A DNA stretch of 64,000 bases from Phycisphaerae bacterium (GTDB taxonomy: Bacteria > Planctomycetota > Phycisphaerae > UBA1845), in contig CAXXGO010000006.1 of assembly GCA_963666835.2 (NCBI GenBank), positions 704,001 through 768,000 of the forward strand, written 5' to 3'. The notes under the pieces were generated by a model. It was not told the origin of the DNA. It did no database searches and saw only the letters and a list, made by a program, of their open reading frames with translations. The position numbers and the translations under genes are program-made. Positions within the stretch are counted from its first letter, which is position 1; each line of letters starts with the position of its first letter. Shown here one piece after another: positions 59,962 through 64,000 of this stretch.

Positions 59962-60526
59962 CAGGTACCTCGTTATTCTCCGCGGGGGTCGCCGTGGCGT
60001 CGGATTCTCCCTCGGCGGGCAACTCTGCCCATTGCCCCATATCGCCGTGGAGGATTGCGGTAAGCTGCTGGCTGACCCCGTCGATCTGGTCGTCGGTAAG
60101 ACGCGGGTTTACCACGCGATGTTCGGTCTTCTCTCGAACGAGGGTCATCTGCCAGGTTTCAACACCGTCCTCGACGGTCGAGTTATCGTAACGCAGAAGC
60201 CGCTTGCGCATCAGGATGAGCGCCAGGACGAACCGGAACTGTATTCGAAGCGGCTCGGTCTCGTCTTCAAGCCGCAGAAAGAAGTTGACGAGCAACTCGT
60301 CATCGACGAGCAGCCTCTTTCGCTTCTCCTTCACCGGGACCCGGGTCTTGAAGTAGCAGAAGCAGTCCTCGGGCGGGGCCTTCCAGGAATCCAGCGAGTA
60401 ATCGATCCGCCGGAACGAGTCCCCGTCATCGAAGAGGACCGTGTAGTACTCCTCGCCCTCCTCGAGTTTGCGTCCCGTGTTCACGCACACCCCGGTCGTC
60501 GGATCAACCTGCCACTGTTGCGCCAT
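59948..60526 (-). CDS. Conserved hypothetical protein
   Basis: C..TGRKL, RRIDYS..W, FRFVLALILMRKRLL, V..P.L; first gene of a three-gene operon. Confidence 0.7.
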   Translation of the reverse strand: MAQQWQVDPTTGVCVNTGRKLEEGEEYYTVLFDDGDSFRRIDYSLDSWKAPPEDCFCYFKTRVPVKEKRKRLLVDDELLVNFFLRLEDETEPLRIQFRFVLALILMRKRLLRYDNSTVEDGVETWQMTLVREKTEHRVVNPRLTDDQIDGVSQQLTAILHGDMGQWAELPAEGESDATATPAENNEVPDGDS

Positions 60527-60876
60527 CTTGCTTTAGAGTCCTTAATCGTGCTTGCCGCGGACCGACCCACTCTAACCGGCCCAAACGGACCGCCGCCGCC
60601 AGCCATTGGAGAAGGACCGTGCCGCCGCGTCAAGCCGCTTCCAGGAAACGGCATCCGCAACGGCGACGTCCCCAGCAGAAAAGCCGCACCACACAACAAC
60701 CGCCGGGGTTGTGATTTGTCAGATGCCGCGTCGGGAGTTGTAACGACCGCCGATCAGGGCCTTCGCGCAGGGGCCGAATTGCCTTATCCTGGCGGGTCGT
60801 CGGACGATGCTGATTCCCCGGTTGGGTCACAGCTTCGGTACCCCGGCGGCATTCCTCTGGCATGGAGGCCTCGGTC

Positions 60877-61887
60877 ATGGCAAGGCGCCGGCGAAAGAAC
60901 AACAGCGGAATGGTCCTCACCGTTTCGATCCTCTCGGTAGCAATCGTGCTGAGCTGGTGGTGGGTCTACTCCGGCGATAGTCCGGAATCACCGTCGGGCC
61001 CGACGGTTGCGTTGGCACCCAAGCCGGTTCTCACCTCGGATCGACCGGAGATCGTTCCGGATACTCCCGTTCAGCCAGACATAACCGAGAAGGGCACGAA
61101 CCCCCGGCCGGAGAACCCGCAGCCTGCAAGTGACGAGAAAATCAAGCGGGCGGGTGCCCTTATTGACGCGGGGCGGCAGGCCCTTGCCGGAAACGACTTG
61201 ATCGCAGCGCGGGCCCACTTCAGCGAGGCTATGTTGCTCGGCGTGGACGAGCAGGAGGCCACGTTCCTGCGGGCGGAACTCAGCCGCATCGGTACGGAAA
61301 CGCTGCTCTCGCCGCGCATCTTCGATGGGGACCCGCTGGTGCAGCGGTATATCATCCAGCCGGGCGATTCGCTGGCTAAGATCGCCTCGAAAAATCGAGT
61401 GTCGGCCGATCTGCTGGCGTCCATGAACAACATCGCCAACAAGAACCTGATCCGGGCCGGGCGGACTATCAAACTGGTTAAAGGGCCGTTCAGTGCCATA
61501 GTGGACAAGCGCTCGTTTTCGCTGGATGTCTACCTGGGCACCACCCTGGTGCGGCACTATCGCGTCGGCTTGGGGGCCGAGGGCAGCACTCCGACCGGTG
61601 AATGGCGCGTCGGTACGAAACTGGTTAACCCGACGTATTACCCGCCGCGCGGTGGCGACATTATGGGCGCGGACGATCCGCGAAATCCTCTGGGGGATCG
61701 CTGGATCGGCCTGATCGGCACGGCCGGTAACGCGGTGGGACAAGAGCGCTACGGGATCCACGGGACCATCGAGCCGGAGTCCATCGGCCGGGAGGCGTCT
61801 CTGGGCTGTATTCGTATGTACAACGAAGACGTCAAAGATGTCTACGATTATCTCGTCGAGAAGTACTCGACCGTTACGATCAAGTGA
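60877..61887 (+). CDS. LysM-domain L,D-transpeptidase
   Basis: YIIQPGDSLAKIA (LysM); TPTG; YGIHGT...ASLGCIRM (YkuD catalytic motif); N-terminal TM anchor. Confidence 0.92.
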   Translation: MARRRRKNNSGMVLTVSILSVAIVLSWWWVYSGDSPESPSGPTVALAPKPVLTSDRPEIVPDTPVQPDITEKGTNPRPENPQPASDEKIKRAGALIDAGRQALAGNDLIAARAHFSEAMLLGVDEQEATFLRAELSRIGTETLLSPRIFDGDPLVQRYIIQPGDSLAKIASKNRVSADLLASMNNIANKNLIRAGRTIKLVKGPFSAIVDKRSFSLDVYLGTTLVRHYRVGLGAEGSTPTGEWRVGTKLVNPTYYPPRGGDIMGADDPRNPLGDRWIGLIGTAGNAVGQERYGIHGTIEPESIGREASLGCIRMYNEDVKDVYDYLVEKYSTVTIK

Positions 61888-61897
61888 TTCGGAAACG

Positions 61898-61933
61898 AAA
61901 ACCGTCCCAGTTGGATCGACCGGGACGGTTTCC
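61898..61933. terminator. Hairpin after the L,D-transpeptidase gene
   Basis: AAACCGTCCC...GGGACGGTTT inverted repeat. Confidence 0.5.
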
Positions 61934-63222
61934 TCTCGGTGCGGGTGCCAGCGGCACCCTTTGATATTGTCGCCCCCTCCATCGAGCTTACGCCGTCGCC
62001 CGGCGAACCGCCCGGAATGCCAGGGGCTTGTCAGCCTAAGTCGGCGGGTTGGAGTCCGGTCCGTTCTTGCGATTATCGGGGCGGTGTGTCTGGCCGGGCC
62101 CCACCCGCCATTACAGTATAGGACACGCCGGCGGGCGGTTTCCACTTCCCGGCGGTATCGGTGGAAAAATCGCGGCACGCCGGGTCCGGGTTCAATTCAC
62201 ACTGTGTCCAGCCCCTACCCTGCTCAGAACCAGTGGCACACCCGAGAAACAGGTGTAACGCAGCGCTAGCAAGATTCCCGGGAAAGCGATACGTCCGAGA
62301 TTGTGCCGGGATTCGACACTGCCAACAAGATGGGAAAGACAGATAAGTATACGGGCGGGAGACCGGGTCGGTAGTCTTTAACAAGTTCGTGACGCTGCAG
62401 ACTTCCTTGCCAGCGAGTCCCGCCCGCTAATATTACCATAGGATCCTCCCGCATAGATGTCCACTCAGTGACACTCGTTCTTTGATCCAGGGCGTCCGTT
62501 TTGCAGCTCTATACTAAAGGAAAACGCCCATTCCCTCTCACCGACCAAAACGAAGAAGTAGGTTCTCGATACGGTCTCCGCGGAAGGAACAAGTGCCACG
62601 GTGGTTTTCCAGCCCATGCGCAGAATCGTCCCTTCCACCCTTCCGTGTAATGCCACCCGCGCGGCAGTTGCGACGCTATCCCGGATCATTCATTCAAGCG
62701 AAGCATAGCCCGTAGATTCATATAGCGCGAGGGTTGCCCCCGGCGCGGGACCGTGTTGTGTCATTACACCGGCACCTACAAGGGGGATGGCGTTACAGTA
62801 AGTTACGCACATTCACGCGAACGTCATGAATGACTCGGGCGATGATGTCGCCCGTCAATTGCCGCGTCGACACCCGACGCCGTCCATGGACTCGAACCAA
62901 TAAAACGCTCGCCGGAGAAGGACTACCACCGCCGGAGAATGGTGGGTTCGCAGAACGGCAGGCGGAAAGTACCTTCCACGATGGCGGGAAGGATCGCCGT
63001 TGTGGAGCCATCGCGTCTGTTGACCTTCCGCCCGCCAGTCAACTATAGGCATGCCTGCGGGTCGCGATCCACAGTTCTGACCTCTGATGGGGTCTTCTCC
63101 CCATCGCTATGCGTGCGAGGTAAAACGATGTTCCGAGATCGCCCAGTTTCGTTTCTCAGAAGATCATCAAAGGTCCTCCCCGCTCTTGCCAGGTGGGTTC
63201 ACGCAGCAGGCAGGCATCCTGC

Positions 63223-64000
63223 CAATAGTGTCCGGGATTCTCGGGGGAGTTCGGGGCGGTGGGCGCGGGCCCTCAGAAGGCGTGCAGCCAACCTAACATA
63301 AACCAAACTTGCGCCCAGCCTCACTTTGTGCTCTACTCTGGGCACGATGACGCGCAGGCGAAAGAAAGCCCAGAAAGCAGAGGAGAAGCGCAAAAGGCGT
63401 GCGCGCCGGGCCAAGTTGCCGCCCGATTTGATCGGAATCCGCTACACACGACTGATCGAAGACTACCTCGAACACCTCCATGACCAGCCGGCCCACGCCA
63501 ACCGGGACGTGTTCTACGATCAACTGGTGGTGGCTCACCTGTTGGCCTTCTTCAACCCGTCGGTTACAGGCCTGCGCAGCATCGAGGATCTCTTCGAACA
63601 TCCTCGGATTCGAAAGCGGTATGGAATCCCTCGGATGCCCAAGAGCACAGTCTCCGACGCCCAGAAGATCTTCGACCCGGCCCTACTGCTGCCGTTGATC
63701 GACTCGCTTGTGGAGCGTGCCGACATCCAACCGCATGACAACCGCCTGGATAGCCTGACACAGAAGCTCCTGGCCGTCGACGGCACCTTCTTCGCGGTGG
63801 CTCCGCGAATCGCCTGGGCGTTGTACAACCAATCCGAGAAGAAGGGGGTCCGTAAGGGCCAGATCCGCGTGCACGTCGATTTCGATGTCCTCAAGGGCGT
63901 TCCCGAATGTTGCACGGTCACGGATGGACAGATGCGTGAAGCCAAGGTGCTCGGAACGCATCTTGAGCCCGATTGCCTGTACGTCATGGACCGCGGTTTT
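63223..64000 (+). mobile_element. IS4-family insertion sequence, copy 2 (truncated by the window edge)
   Basis: Starts CAATAGTGTCCGG; reverse complement of copy 1 with one noticed substitution (QKVF vs QKIF). Confidence 0.92.
63347..64000 (+). CDS. IS4 family transposase (partial)
   Basis: MTRRRKKAQKAEEK... matches copy 1 N-terminus. Confidence 0.9.
   Translation, partial: MTRRRKKAQKAEEKRKRRARRAKLPPDLIGIRYTRLIEDYLEHLHDQPAHANRDVFYDQLVVAHLLAFFNPSVTGLRSIEDLFEHPRIRKRYGIPRMPKSTVSDAQKIFDPALLLPLIDSLVERADIQPHDNRLDSLTQKLLAVDGTFFAVAPRIAWALYNQSEKKGVRKGQIRVHVDFDVLKGVPECCTVTDGQMREAKVLGTHLEPDCLYVMDRGF

Noticed and set aside
30651..64000. Composite transposon carrying the 31 kb between the IS copies
   Set aside because: The interval holds core genes (argS, rsfS, smc), and no shared target duplication can be seen.

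Overview
High-GC bacterial chromosomal window, probably Planctomycetota/Phycisphaerae. This taxon is inferred from gene content: Hc1-like histone protein, FHA protein, LysM L,D-transpeptidase, Cys-rich secreted proteins with dockerin-like or IPTL-CTERM ends. The backbone is housekeeping (surE, fabZ, holA, thiE, glnA, purA, uppS, argS, rsfS, smc), plus a radical-SAM-rich glycan-modification locus (8.7-22.6 kb), an ECF sigma/anti-sigma pair and large secreted proteins. Intergenic DNA is dense with at least four dispersed REP-like repeat families, and two mobile elements exploit them: a group II intron (22754-24680) whose EBS1 loop matches a dispersed repeat it has inserted into, and two near-identical IS4-family copies whose ends abut the same position of a REP. 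The most striking signal is an unannotated ~300-nt highly structured RNA between glnA and purA (27980-28276, then a terminator). Its motifs match my recollection of OLE RNA, but in circularly permuted, minimised order and outside the usual Bacillota/Oap context. Also noted: a poly-C frameshift in a giant Cys-rich surface protein and a membrane ORF ending in an RGPP arrest-like motif. No searches were run; family calls rest on recognised motifs.
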